Source: Planktothrix sp. GU0601_MAG3 (GTDB lineage: Bacteria; Cyanobacteriota; Cyanobacteriia; Cyanobacteriales; Microcoleaceae). From it: a stretch of 64,000 nucleotides of DNA. Where the stretch lies: the NCBI GenBank assembly GCA_035193785.1, contig CP136572.1, positions 4,148,578-4,212,577 of the forward strand, in the 5' to 3' direction. The position numbers and the translations under genes are program-made. Shown in pieces: positions 48,338 to 61,658 of this stretch. The notes under the pieces were generated by a model. The model searched no databases, had not been told where the DNA came from, and saw only the letters and a program-made list of their open reading frames with translations. Numbering within the stretch: the first letter of the stretch is position 1; each line of letters starts with the position of its first letter.

Positions 48338-49290
48338 TGTCCAACATTTCTTGGTCAAATTCCGAGATGAATCGAATGCGTAAGATTGTTCCTTCTATTC
48401 TCGGCTTTTTTCTATTTTGTCTCTCAATTTGGGCCATTAGCCAAAAGCTGGAAAAATATTCTATAGATGATGTTTTGATTAGTCTATCTAATATTCCTAA
48501 AATTAATAGGCTGGGCGCAATTAGTCTGATGATAATTAGTTATCTGATGACCACAGCCTATGATATTTTAGCGTTTATTTATATCGGTTTTTCACTGAAT
48601 TATGTTAAGGTCGCCATCGCTGCATTTATCAGTTATGCCATTAGTAATAATGTGGGGTTTTCCCTCCTAACTGGAAGTGCTGTGCGTTATCGCTTATATT
48701 CAAGATGGCGTGTTCCTCCAGGTGCTATTGCCCAGGTGATTGCCTTTACTAACCTAACATTTTGGTTGGGATTATTGGGAGTTTGTGGATTTGTTTTTCT
48801 ATTGACACCCTTAAAAGTTCCCAGTATTTTAGATTTACCATTTGTATCAGTTCGTCCGGTGGGAATTATCTTTCTCATAATTATTGGAATCTATCTATTA
48901 TGGGCTAGTTTTAATCATAAACCCGTCAAAATTGGAGAATTAGAATTAAACTTTCCCACCGTGAGTGTTTCACTGGCCCTAATTGCTTTCGCCTCCGTAG
49001 ATTGGGGAGCCGCCGCCGGGGTTTTATATGTATTATTACCCGAAGGTAGCACCGCTTCTTATCTGAGTTGTTTTAGCATTTATTTATTAGCAATGACAGC
49101 CAGTATGGTTAGTAATATTCCTGGAGGTTTAGGGGTCTTTGAAACCGTTGTTTTAACCTTAGTTTCTTCAGAAGTAAATCCAGCCAATGTTTTAGGATCT
49201 TTATTGGCTTATCGTGCTATTTATTATCTGCTTCCCATGATTGTAGCCACCGTGTTACTGGGAATTAATGAACTAAAAAAGCATCACTAG
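48337..49290 (+). CDS. Lysylphosphatidylglycerol synthase TM/flippase-like domain protein (UPF0104)
   Basis: GSAVRYRLY, IPGGLGVFE, LLAYRAIYYLLP. Confidence 0.85.
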   Translation: MSNISWSNSEMNRMRKIVPSILGFFLFCLSIWAISQKLEKYSIDDVLISLSNIPKINRLGAISLMIISYLMTTAYDILAFIYIGFSLNYVKVAIAAFISYAISNNVGFSLLTGSAVRYRLYSRWRVPPGAIAQVIAFTNLTFWLGLLGVCGFVFLLTPLKVPSILDLPFVSVRPVGIIFLIIIGIYLLWASFNHKPVKIGELELNFPTVSVSLALIAFASVDWGAAAGVLYVLLPEGSTASYLSCFSIYLLAMTASMVSNIPGGLGVFETVVLTLVSSEVNPANVLGSLLAYRAIYYLLPMIVATVLLGINELKKHH

Positions 49291-49321
49291 GTTGTTGAAA
49301 ATGTACCCGCTATAGGTGATT

Positions 49322-51227
49322 ATGACGACGAAATTTGAACCCCCAATTTATACTCAACGCACAGGTTTATCTCTCCTCGTCACTAGAATTTTAGCTCTAA
49401 TTGTTACAGCTAATTTTTGTTTAGTTGTTTTTGATTTAAGTTATATTAAACTTCGTCGATTTTATTTACAATGGAGTCAACATCAGGCCCAATCTGAAAA
49501 TACACCTAAAAATCAATATTTGCAGCAAATTGATCAACTTGAAAAAACAATTAATCAATTTGGGATTGAGTCTAGGGAAGTTAAGTTAGCGTTAGTTGAT
49601 ATTCGTGAGTCTAGTTTAAATCTGTTTATTGAAACTCCTCCCTTTCGGGTTCTCAGTTCCTATGGAAACCTTAGCAGAAATTCAAAATCGCTTCCAGAAT
49701 CATGTTAAAATCAATAATTTTCAGCAAGCCTTGGAAACTTTCTGGAGTCCTGATTTTTTCAATCAAAAACAATGGCAAAAAGAGTTAAAGTTTTTTAATC
49801 AAAATATTAGATTTTTAATTTTATTTAATGAACCCAGTTTAACCTATGATATTATTAAAGGTATTGAACCCGATCGCTTGACTCAAATTTATTTAGTGAA
49901 GGTTTCAGAATTAAAGGTTTATTTAAAATATAATGACTTAAATACTCCGAAAGTACGGTCTTTACTTAAAGAACTTCAACAATTAAGTGATGATATCATT
50001 GATCGAACTTATTTTCTACAATTAGAACATAATTTAGGGCCGTTAACAGCAGCGAAATATCGCATGATGGATCATATCTATAGCCGCGATCCCAAAGTAA
50101 CAACTCGGCTAACACCGACCCTAAAATTTTTATATCAAATTAACCTATTAAATTTTTTAGCCCCGGAGTTAATTTGGTCAGATCGTTCCTCCAGACAGGC
50201 TTTCTCTATTTTTTGGAGTGTGGAAAATTTAGAACAACAGGGATGGGAAAAGGAACTCGAATTTTTTGAAAATGATATTCAAGCTTTAATGGAGTCATTC
50301 TATTTTCGACAATTGAGTTTAAATGGTCAATTTGTAAATCGATTTTGGTTGATTGATTTACCTTGGATTAACCTGTTTTTCTTAATCTTCTTAATGGAAA
50401 TCTATGTCCTCCGATCTCGTCAACCTCAACTCACACTAAGGGAGGCAATTTTAAAATTATGGTATTATGTATTTTTGTTAATTCCTAAATTATTATTTTT
50501 GCGTTTTATTTCAGCAGTTTATCACTTAAATCGAGCCAACTTTCCCAGTTTACAACCAACTATTGATTACCTAAAATTAAAAATAATCTATAGTTTTGCT
50601 CAGGAATTAGTTCAGGTTTTAGTCAATCAAGGAGTTGATAAAATCCAAGCCTTTGTTAAACAAGGAAGCCTGAAAAAGTTAGTCAATCCGCCTTCTTCCT
50701 ATCAATCTATTTCCTTAGAAGCTATTGAACTCGAATCCCAGTCTCCCCCCGGAATTTCTAACCAAATTGTTGAAATTACAATTTCTAAAGTTTTACCCAC
50801 CATTCGTCCTGAATTAGAGGCTTATCTACACTATCAAGTCACTAACTCAATTCAACAATCTCCAATTTATAAAGGATTAAATAAAATTCCTTTGATTGGA
50901 CATCTTCCCCAACAAGTGGCTGATGGTTTTGTGAAAAAAATTGCAATTACCATTTCAGAAAATCCTAAAAAATCTCTGGAAGCAGGCAAAAACAAACCCC
51001 CAGATTTGATCGCCATGCAGTTAAAAAAACGCTTAACACGACAGTTTATAGATACATTAAGAATAGAATTACAAAAAGAACAAATTGTTGATGATGCCGA
51101 ACTAATTTTAGTCAATTGGTTAGAAGGTTTAAAATCCAATCCCGTTAAAGATTTAGAAGCAAAACAAATTATTAAAACGGCTAATATCGAAGAGAATAAA
51201 CAAATTTCTCCTAGTCCAGATTCATAA
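49322..51227 (+). CDS. Cyanobacterial hypothetical membrane protein (frameshift ~49667)
   Basis: LVVFDLSYI, GIEPDRLT, FWLIDLPW; internally repeated FWS...KELxFF. Confidence 0.65.
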
Positions 51228-51269
51228 AATCAAGTAAAAGCAATTCATTAATTGCCCCTACTTGATTTT
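51226..51269. repeat. Degenerate REP-like palindrome / possible terminator
   Basis: aaaatcaagta...gcaattcattaattgc...tacttgatttt. Confidence 0.6.
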
Positions 51270-51322
51270 TGTTCAAATCATCTATTACACTAACTAGATA
51301 ATAGTATTTTTCTGGATTCCCT

Positions 51323-51745
51323 ATGGCTCCTTTGCCTAATTATCGTCCTCGCCAACTTTCCCTTGGCCCCTTAGAAACGGAAATCCTAGAAATAGTCTGG
51401 GAATTGGGTATAACCACGGTTAAAGATGTCCATGAACGGATTTTATCTGACCCAAACCGGGAATTAGCCTATACTTCAGTTACCACCGTATTGCGTCGTT
51501 TAACAGATAAGGGTTGGTTAGTTTGCAATAAACAAGAACGGGCTTTTTATTGGCAAGCTTTAATCACCCGTGAACAAGCCCAGGCTATTTTAGCTTATGA
51601 TCGGTTAAATCGATTTTTAGCCATAGGTAATCCCGATATAGTTGCTTCTTTTGCTGATAGTTTGGATACCGCTAGTTTAGATCAAATTGATGCCATTGCC
51701 TCACGCCTTGATGCTATTCGTCGCCAACGGGAGGGACAACAATAA
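51323..51745 (+). CDS. BlaI/MecI/CopY-family transcriptional regulator
   Basis: LGPLETEILEIVW, LAYTSVTTVLRRLTDKG. Confidence 0.92.
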   Translation: MAPLPNYRPRQLSLGPLETEILEIVWELGITTVKDVHERILSDPNRELAYTSVTTVLRRLTDKGWLVCNKQERAFYWQALITREQAQAILAYDRLNRFLAIGNPDIVASFADSLDTASLDQIDAIASRLDAIRRQREGQQ

Positions 51746-52590
51746 TGCACTTAATGATTATTTTATTCGCCCTAGGATGCGCGGTCGGTTTGCGACTTAT
51801 CCCCTTACCCCGTGGGGGAAGTTGGCATCAACGCTGGCAAAAATCTCTATTTTTGTTTGTCTGTCCGCCTTTGGTTTTGTTAATGACAGCTTTGGCGGTA
51901 TTATGGATGGGAACAACTGGGGAAATGTTGGGACTCGAAGCCAGTTGGTTTAGTTATGTTTTGGCTTTGGGATTTGTCGGTTGGGCAATATTAACGGTTA
52001 TTAAGTTAATCGGTCAATTGTGGCAATCTCAATACCGAATTCATCGCTTATCTCAACAGGTTGTTATGGGAAAAACCGCACGAATTTTAGAGGATGATTT
52101 TCCCTATAGCGCTCAAATTGGATTTTGGCAGCCGGAATTGGTCGTCAGTCTAGGATTATTAAACCTCTTAGATGAGACTCATTTAGAAGCAGTAATTGCC
52201 CATGAACAAGCCCATTTAAACTATCGAGATACTTTTTGGTTTTTTACCTTGGGTTGGCTACAAACTTTAAGCAGTTGGCTTCCTAATACCAACCAACTAT
52301 GGCAAGAATTACTATTATTAAGGGAGATGCGGGCTGATCGTTACGCTACCCAACAAGTTGACCCCTTAGTATTAGCAGAATCCCTATTATATCTCGCCAA
52401 AGCACCTTTTAAATCCCCCGATTATGGCAATTTATCCTTTAGTTGTTCCATTCGTAGTAGTCGTTTAGAAGAAAGAATAGATGCAATTTTAACGGAAGAT
52501 TCTGATCCTTTAACCTGGGGATGGTGGGTCTGGATATTACTATTTTGGGTCTGTTTACCTTGGATTACTGTACCCTTCCATTATTCCTAA
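51745..52590 (+). CDS. M56-family (BlaR1-like) membrane metallopeptidase
   Basis: AHEQAH zinc motif, EMRAD; TAATG coupling to the regulator. Confidence 0.88.
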   Translation: MHLMIILFALGCAVGLRLIPLPRGGSWHQRWQKSLFLFVCPPLVLLMTALAVLWMGTTGEMLGLEASWFSYVLALGFVGWAILTVIKLIGQLWQSQYRIHRLSQQVVMGKTARILEDDFPYSAQIGFWQPELVVSLGLLNLLDETHLEAVIAHEQAHLNYRDTFWFFTLGWLQTLSSWLPNTNQLWQELLLLREMRADRYATQQVDPLVLAESLLYLAKAPFKSPDYGNLSFSCSIRSSRLEERIDAILTEDSDPLTWGWWVWILLFWVCLPWITVPFHYS

Positions 52591-52600
52591 TCATACCAAC

Positions 52601-52700
52601 GGGACTTACGCACAAGACCAAAGAAACCGGGTTTCTGGCACTGATTTTGCGGATGAAATCGAGATTTCTCGTTCAGAAACCCGGTTTCTGCGTAAGTCCT
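52601..52700. mobile_element. AGGACTTACGCA MITE copy 3
   Basis: Near-identical to 10365-10465. Confidence 0.85.
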
Positions 52701-52779
52701 AACCAATTCTTTGAATACCCTAAACCCCTCCTCCTTTAACCTAAAAGGACGGGTATTTTATAGCAGTCGCACCCGGAAA

Positions 52780-53923
52780 TTAGGACATCAACTGATGCTC
52801 CAAACTCTTTTCTTTCCTATTCCCTGTTGTAGTTTGTTGGCGATACCGATAATAGGCGGCACAAGCCCCTTCAGAAGAAACCATGGGGGCTCCTAAAGGA
52901 TGTTCGGGAGTACAACGGGTTTCCAAAAACCGGACATTCCTGGGGCTTTTTAATCCCCTGGAGAATTTCACCACTAATACAATCTTGGCAGGGGGAAGAA
53001 ACGGGAATTAACTGTTGAGAATTAAAGCGTTTTTGCGCATCAAAATTAATATATTTTTGTTTAATTCCTAACCCACTTTGGGGAATTTCTCCCAGTCCTC
53101 GCCATTCCCTCGGTACAATTTCAAAAACTTCTTGAATGATAGTTTGAGCGGTTTCATTACCCTCTCGACGCACGGAACGATTATATTGATTTTCTAGTTT
53201 ATATTCTCCCTTTTCCAGTTGTTGAATACATAAATAAATTCCTTGTAAAATATCAATGGGTTCAAACCCGGTGACTACAATTGGAATATTATATTTATCA
53301 ACAATTGGTTCATATTCCTTATATCCCATCACGGTACAAACATGACCCGCGGCTAAAAACCCTTGTACCTGACAATTCGGACTCGATAAGAGGGCTTCCA
53401 TCGCCGGAGGAACCAGAACATGAGATACTAACAGGGAAAAGTTATTAATATTTTGTTGCTGGGCTTGATAGACTGCCATGGCGGTAATTGGGGCGGTGGT
53501 TTCAAAGCCAACGGCAAAGAAAATTACCTGTTTTGTGGGGTTTTGTTGGGCAATTTTTAAACAGTCTAAGGGATTATAAATAATGCGGATATCTCCCCCG
53601 GTGGCTTTAACACTTAATAGGTCTTTTTCACTCCCCGGAACTCGTAACATATCTCCAAAGGAACAAAAAATAATATTAGGTAAGGAAGCGAGGGCAATAG
53701 CTTGATCAATAATATTAATATCAGTTACACAAACGGGACAGCCAGGGCCATGAATTAGGGTAATTTCTGAGGGGAGAAGTTCATCAATTCCATATTTAAC
53801 AATAGAATGGGTTTGTCCTCCACAAATCTCCATAATTTTCCAGGGTTTTGTGGTGATTGATGCGATCGCTTTGGCATAATCTTGAGCGAGTTTTCCATCC
53901 CTATATTCATCAACAAATTTCAT
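52780..53923 (-). CDS. hypD: Hydrogenase maturation protein HypD (frameshift ~52921)
   Basis: [38 protein letters not shown]. Confidence 0.96.
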
Positions 53924-54033
53924 AATATTTTCTACCTATAAATACTTTTGGGGTGATTCTAACACCCTAATGTTAAGGCAGAAACCATAAAAAAGCATTC
54001 CCCGGCCGAAACCAGGGAACAAGAAAGAAGATA

Positions 54034-55396
<1,363 letters not shown>

Positions 55397-55468
55397 TTAC
55401 ACAAATCCTGATTATCTGTGATTACAGGTACTCTGTCAAATTAAGTTTTGTAAAATCTTCGGTAGAGA

Positions 55469-55661
55469 GGTAATGGGTAATGGGTAATGGGTAATGGGTA
55501 ATGGGTAATGGGTAATGGGTAATGGGTAATGGGTAATGGGTAATGGGTAATGGGTAATGGGTAATGGGTAATGGGTAATGGGTAATGGGTAATGGGTAAT
55601 GGGTAATGGGTAATGGGTAATGGGTAATGGGTAATAGGGTAATAGGGTAATAGGGAATAGG
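55469..55661. repeat. Long STRR array (GGTAATG)x~23 grading into 8-mer GGGTAATA
   Basis: Directly visible. Confidence 0.97.
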
Positions 55662-55732
55662 GTTTCTAACCCTGATTTTGGGGATGAAATCGGTGATTTC
55701 TCGTTCAGAAACCCGGTTGCTGCGTAAGTCCT
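55660..55732. mobile_element. Right half of AGGACTTACGCA MITE (copy 4)
   Basis: gggtttct..ccctgattttg..gatgaaatcg...tgcgtaagtcct. Confidence 0.8.
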
Positions 55733-56019
55733 ATAAATAATTATGTTTGGGTACTTATCTGATTCAAAAAAACAGTTAAAAACAATAATTTCAACGGTTA
55801 TTTGACTGTCTTCGGTCACTAAAGTATAGGGTTTAAATTTTTAAAAGATTGTACTCTGTTGAAACCGGTTTTATTTTTATCAAAAACTTTATCCTAACAA
55901 AAAAAAAGGGGGTTGTGCAATTTTTTCAAGAAATCATAATCTTTATAAAAAATAAGTTTTTACCCCAATTTTTGGAGGGCTGTGCTATGGTTAGTGGTCA
56001 ATATCATCACCAACTTATT

Positions 56020-57049
56020 ATGCCGTTACACGCCGAGTTACATCGCCATTTAGGGGGTTCAGTTGTACCGCGCATTTTGTGGCGGTATTTCCAACGTCAT
56101 AACCCTCAGTTTCACCCAAGGTTTTGCAGAATATGAGGGGTTTGAGGATTTTTATACCAAACCCCGCAATACCTTAGATGAATATTTAGAACTGCATACT
56201 ATGGTTGAAAGTGTACAGACCGTTGAAACCCTCCCCTATTTTATTTATCGGTTAATGCGGGGTGCTTATACTTTTGAGAATTTAGCCTATTTAGAATTAC
56301 GTTATACCCCCTATTTACGCACTCCAGAACATCTGAGTCAGTCCCAAAGAATTGACTGTATGGCTGAAATTGTGGAAGTGGTGGGAAAAGCTAGTCAACT
56401 GAGTAATACTCCGATTATCACTAGCCAAATTTTATGTATGCACACCCGACTTCCCTTTGAGGTCAACCGAGCTATTATTGATTTAGCCTCCCAAATGCCC
56501 CAATATGTTTGTGCAGTTGATATCGCCGGAGGGGATAATCATTATGGTCAACGGTTGGATGAATTTATCAATTTATACAAATATGCCCTATCCTTGGGCT
56601 TAAAAACTACCGGACATTTATATGAAACCCCGGAAGGTTGTTATCCTGAATTATTGCCCTATTTCATGCGCATTGGTCATGGAATCCAAATTCCGTTATT
56701 ACATCCCGAATTATTACCTGAATTAGCCAGAAATAATCAATGTTTAGAGGTCTGTCCTACCACCTATATTAAAACCGGAACCCTCAAGGATATTCAGCAG
56801 CTAAAAATTGTTTTTGAACGCTGTTTTGAGGCTGGGGTTGATATTGCTATTTGTACCGATAATGCCGGGTTACATAACGTGCGTTTACCCTTTGAATACG
56901 AGAATTTATTAACCCTCGATATTATCGGATTTGAACAATTAGAAGCCTGTCAACAAGCCGCCTTTCGTCATGCTTTTGCCTGGCCCCATCAAAACCCTCC
57001 CACACAAATTCTTCATGGTTTATTAAAACCCGAACCTGCAATTGTTTAA
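56020..57049 (+). CDS. Adenosine deaminase family protein (frameshift ~56111)
   Basis: AELHRHLGGS, RIGHG, LEVCPT, CTDN. Confidence 0.88.
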
Positions 57050-57078
57050 ACCCGATTTTTCCCCTCGCCCATTCCCTT

Positions 57079-57212
57079 TATAGCGCTAGGGAACAGGGAA
57101 CAGGGAACAGGGAACAGGCAACAGGCAACAGGGAACAGGCAACAGGCAACAGTAGGTTATGAACAGGTTACAAGGTTTAGTATTGTCAAATACCTTAATT
57201 GTTAGCGCTATA
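57079..57212. mobile_element. MITE-like TATAGCGCTA...TAGCGCTATA element with a (GGGAACA/GGCAACA)n array
   Basis: Perfect 10-bp TIRs; ~9 heptamers. Confidence 0.75.
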
Positions 57213-57797
57213 ATAATTCCGGTTTTTTCGCCTTTTCTAAGAGTGGTTTTAAATCCTTTGCCACTCTTTCTCCTAAGCGTTGATGTCCGGCCGCATTAGG
57301 ATGAATAAAATCCTCCTGTCGGTATTTGGGATTATCAATAATTCCTTCTAAAATTTGAGGGATTAAATAGGCTTGGGTTTCTTGGGCTACTCGCTGATAA
57401 ATTTCTGCATATTCATCTGTAAATAGCCCCAAATTAATTCCGAGTAAAACCGCGATCGCCTGTTTTTCTTGAATTTTAGTGACAATTTCTTTTAAATTGG
57501 CTTCTGTTTCGGTTTTGGGTAATTTTTGGAGAAAATCATTCCCTCCCAATTCCACGTATTTCCCGCCACGCCCCGATTCACAATCGGTAAATTCAATAAC
57601 CGACTGACAACACTGGGAAAACTTTCCGCTTGATTGAGCCCATAACCACTAGCAATACTATCCCCTAAAACAATAATTTTATCTCCGACTCCCGCCTGAA
57701 GATTTTTTACCCTCGCCACCGAATGACCACAACTACTGACAATCAAAATGGCAATACACAAACCCAATAATATTGCTAAAACATGATTTTTTTTCAT
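57208..57797 (-). pseudogene. GDSL/SGNH arylesterase (TesA-like) lipoprotein with an internal frameshifting deletion
   Basis: GDSIASG, NRGVAGNT joined out of frame to ELGGNDF, DFIHPNAAG; lipobox LIVSSC. Confidence 0.75.
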
Positions 57798-57890
57798 AGG
57801 TTTAGCTCCATATTCCTATCTAGTGATCGGGGGTTGATTAGGCACAAATCGAGGTCATTAATGCTCTCTCAGTTTAAAGTTTTACCTTCA

Positions 57891-58310
57891 CTAAAATTGC
57901 TTAATAATTAATAGACAATTGCGTCCATCTTTGCCGTGTTCATAACTTAAATAATCGGCAATATCCCGCATTAATTTCAAACCTCGCCCCCCTCCTGAAT
58001 GATGATCAATATCCGTGGTAAGATTCTCGATTTGTTTAATTAAATTAAAAGGAAGCCCATAGTCCCAGATCCGAATTTCAACTTGTTGCTCTAAAATTCT
58101 GACTTCTAAATCAATCTGTAAATCCGAGGAAAGTCCTTTGTGGGCGTGACGAACAGCATTAGTAAATCCCTCTGCTAAAGCTAACTGACAGCGTAGCCAA
58201 AGAGATTTAGGAATAAAGGGCTGATACAGTTGATCAAACCAAGACAAGACCTTAGCTAGACTATCTAGGCTAGAGGGAACTTGCAGTTGAGTAATTTGGG
58301 GTAATGACAA
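57891..58310 (-). CDS. Anti-sigma factor / Ser kinase (RsbW/SpoIIAB-like)
   Basis: EGFTNAVRHA, IWDYG, GGRGL. Confidence 0.88.
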   Translation of the reverse strand: MSLPQITQLQVPSSLDSLAKVLSWFDQLYQPFIPKSLWLRCQLALAEGFTNAVRHAHKGLSSDLQIDLEVRILEQQVEIRIWDYGLPFNLIKQIENLTTDIDHHSGGGRGLKLMRDIADYLSYEHGKDGRNCLLIIKQF

Positions 58311-59288
58311 TGGTTTTAAACCCTCTTATTCAATCACAATAAGTTTGACTGATTCCCTAAGTCTTGAACAGTATTTAGGGATGGAGAATAATTATAGTTA
58401 CTGATTTTGTAGAAAAATATCCACACAACCAGCTTTATCAGGTTTTACCCTCACCGGGCTAACTACGAGCCTCTGCTGATTAGTTTTCCATCAACGACGG
58501 AATCACTAACTACTTTTTTGATTGGCTTGTCCCGATTAAATGGCTACTCTTAAAAATATCTACTTTCTCTGATTTATCGGACAGCTTGTGTAGACAAGTT
58601 TTAGTTAGGTTAATTCTAACTTTCCGCAATCTCAGATCGGGACTTACACCTATTTTTAAGGATCAATGCCTCTTGGACTCCCCATAATTCTAGCCATAGT
58701 TGGCGATATTTGTCTATCTTTATCTGCGTTTTCGCAGTTTAAACTCAATAGTTCAACTGACTTGATGATCATAAAATGGAAGTTCAAGCACCAGTGATCT
58801 CGGTTAAACCTCTGATACAGTCTGGGACTAACGACCCGATTATCCGGCCAAGACCAGTCACCACTCGTTGAGTCTCCCTATACTTTACTGGATTTTTAGA
58901 AAGTTTTGCAGTTGGGTTGAACCGCAGTTGTGCCAAATCAAGTAAAATACTTCTTTGCACCGCGAGAGATCACCCCCGACTTGTTGTAACCTTTAAGCAA
59001 AATCAACCTATTCAGGAGTTAAAACACCTTCCTTGGAAATTGAACTGACCTTCTATGGATGAACACTAATATTGCACAAAATTATTGCCCTAAGATTCCA
59101 GAGGATTAATCTTAACTTTTCTGGGACAAACTGTATGAATCTTCAATATTAACTGAACATCATCCTAAATTCCTTTAATCTCAAATTCAGTCAACCTTCC
59201 AATTAGACTATACTCAAAGATCAAAAGAGCACAGTCTTAACTTAGTCTTAATTACCCTCATCCATTGTACCGACGTACCTCAACACTC

Positions 59289-60432
59289 ATGTTTAAAATT
59301 CTGGTTATCGATGATGATGTTGCCATTTTAGAACTTCTTAAAAGAACGCTGAAGAAACAGGGTTATGATGTCAGCGTGGCAAGTAATGGTGAAGAAGGTA
59401 TAGAACAGGCTAAACAGCTATGTCCGGCATTAATTATTTGTGATTGGATCATGCCTAGATTAACGGGGATTGAAGTCTGTCGTCAAGTTAAGGCTACCCC
59501 AGAATTATCAACCACACAGTTTTTTCTATTAACTTCCTTGGGTTTCAGTTTCTGACCGAGTTACGGGGTTAGATGCGGGGGCTGATGATTTTATTTCTAA
59601 ACCCATTGAAATGAATGAACTCTATGCTAGAGTTCGGGCAGGATTAAGATTACATCAACTTAGTCAAGATTTACAAACCCAAAAACAACTAATTGAAGCC
59701 GAACTAGCCGAAGCCGCCGAGTATGTGCGATCGCTCCTTCCCGAACCCTTAACGGAACCGATCAGAATTGATACTAAATTCATTCCTTCCCGTCAATTAG
59801 GCGGTGATTCCTTTGACTATTATTGGCTGGATTCTGATCATTTATCAATTTATTTATTAGATACATCAGGACATGGTTTAAAAGCGGCTCTCCCTTCGGT
59901 TTCTGTGCTGAATTTACTCCGATCTAGGGCAATTCCTAATATTAATTACTATCAACCTAGTGACGTTTTAAAAGCCTTAAATACCACCTTTCAAATGACC
60001 TACCAAAACGATAAATATTTTACAATTTGGTATGGAGTTTATGATTTTTCCCATCGAAAATTATTGTATTCTAGTGCTGGTCATCCCCCCGCTATTTTGT
60101 TAACTGGCAAAGATCCCAAAAATCTCAAAATTGAAATGTTAAAAACCCGGGGAATGCCAGTGGGAATGTTTTTAGAAGCCGAATATATAGATGCGACCCA
60201 CGATATTGCAGAATGCAGTAATCTTTATATTTTTAGTGACGGAGTTTATGAAATCCAACCACCAGACAATAATACTACGATGTTGGGTTTAGATGGATTT
60301 ATCTCTATTTTAACGGAATATAATCATTTACAATCAAATACTTTAGAATTGGTATTAAATACGGTTAAAAAATATAATTCCAACAATCCCTTTGATGACG
60401 ATTTCTCACTCCTAAAAGTAAGTTTTGATTAA
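59289..60432 (+). CDS. Receiver + SpoIIE/PP2C phosphatase (RsbU/RsbP-like) (frameshift ~59544)
   Basis: ILVIDDD, CDWIMP; GGDSFD, DTSGHG, FSDG, DDDFS. Confidence 0.9.
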
Positions 60433-60554
60433 CTTTTTATCAATACTCATAGTCGATTTATATAAAATTGAGGGTGAAATTGGGAAACACCAATCTGCAT
60501 GAATTCAGATCAACCCCCGTTTTCACCCCATCTTAGTGACCCAATAGCACCAGA

Positions 60555-60875
60555 TTAGCTTTCAACAAATTCCAAAAATTTCTCTTGGCTTTCAAAAATC
60601 TCAAACACCCGATCCATGCTGGTAAGTTCAAATAAAATCCTAATTTGCTCATTAATAGAACAAACAAATAATCGACTTCCAGCCGCTCTGACTGCTTTCA
60701 AAGCTAAGACTAATGCACCCAAACCAGAACTATCCATAAACGTGACATCTTGGAAGTCAATTAATATGGTCTTTGCTCCTTTTTCCACTAAAGCAACAAT
60801 ATCCTGCCGAAATTGACTTGCTTTAGTGCCATCCAAAATCCCGTTAGGTTTAAGAATTTTAACATCAGAACTCAT
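60555..60875 (-). CDS. STAS anti-sigma-factor antagonist (RsbV/SpoIIAA-like)
   Basis: VTFMDSSGLGALV. Confidence 0.92.
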   Translation of the reverse strand: MSSDVKILKPNGILDGTKASQFRQDIVALVEKGAKTILIDFQDVTFMDSSGLGALVLALKAVRAAGSRLFVCSINEQIRILFELTSMDRVFEIFESQEKFLEFVES

Positions 60876-60977
60876 AGTTTTTTAGGGGTTGAACCCTCCA
60901 TTAAGACTCGCTCGACTCCGTTAGTATAGCTTTGAGTTGAACTCCATGCCAAATCTATCCGTTTAACTTTAACACGC

Positions 60978-61618
60978 CTATACTGGACTGACCTTGGCGC
61001 GATATAGAAGTTTATTTCCCTGGCGGTATCCAGTATATCGCACAATCACCGGTTGTCCGGGTTGGGCCGTTCCCTCCAAAAGCTGGTGAAGATGGGGATC
61101 ATAGGGAATTTCTGCCCCGACAGGTGCGATCGCTTCCACTCCCCATTCTCCCATAAGCTGTTCTACCGGACTTACAAAACGTAATAATTTGACCGCCGAT
61201 AATTGGGGATTTTCTTGAACCCGATACACCACCGTTGGCCATTGTAAGAGCCAGGACTCCAGGGTGTGCAGACTTTCCCGCCTCCATTCCTCCAGCAAGA
61301 CGGAACGTTGCTGTAACATTTGGGTTTGTAAGTGTTGATATTCCTGTTCTAAATTCCCTCCAGAGGCTTTTTCCTCCTCCGGGACAGCACCCGGAGCAAA
61401 CACCGATAGGAGTTCGGTCAGGGAAATCTTTAAACCCCGGCTAATTTTTAGCAAAATACCCACAGGGGTTTGCAGCGCAAGTCCCCGTCGCAGTCGAATA
61501 ATCTGTAACGGGGAAACTCCAGCATTTTGACTGAGTTTCCTCTAGGCTAGAAACCCCCGCCCGTTGCATTAATTCCTGCAATTGGGAAGTATAATCGGGC
61601 AACGCAGATTCACTCATT
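60978..61618 (-). CDS. XRE-type HTH fused to a GrpE-like C-terminal domain (frameshift ~61537)
   Basis: LQELMQRAGVSSLEELSQ HTH; YDPHLHQ, GYRQGNKLLYRAKV. Confidence 0.75.
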
Positions 61619-61658
61619 TTAAGTTTTGGTTCACGAGTTATCTGCCATTGATGGCCCT

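Noticed and set aside
52780..53923. Isolated hypD as a novel system
   Set aside because: hyp genes are commonly scattered in cyanobacteria.
55436..55819. 127-aa ORF with PITHYPL repeats
   Set aside because: Translation of the (GGTAATG)n STRR array plus MITE sequence; no evidence it is a gene.
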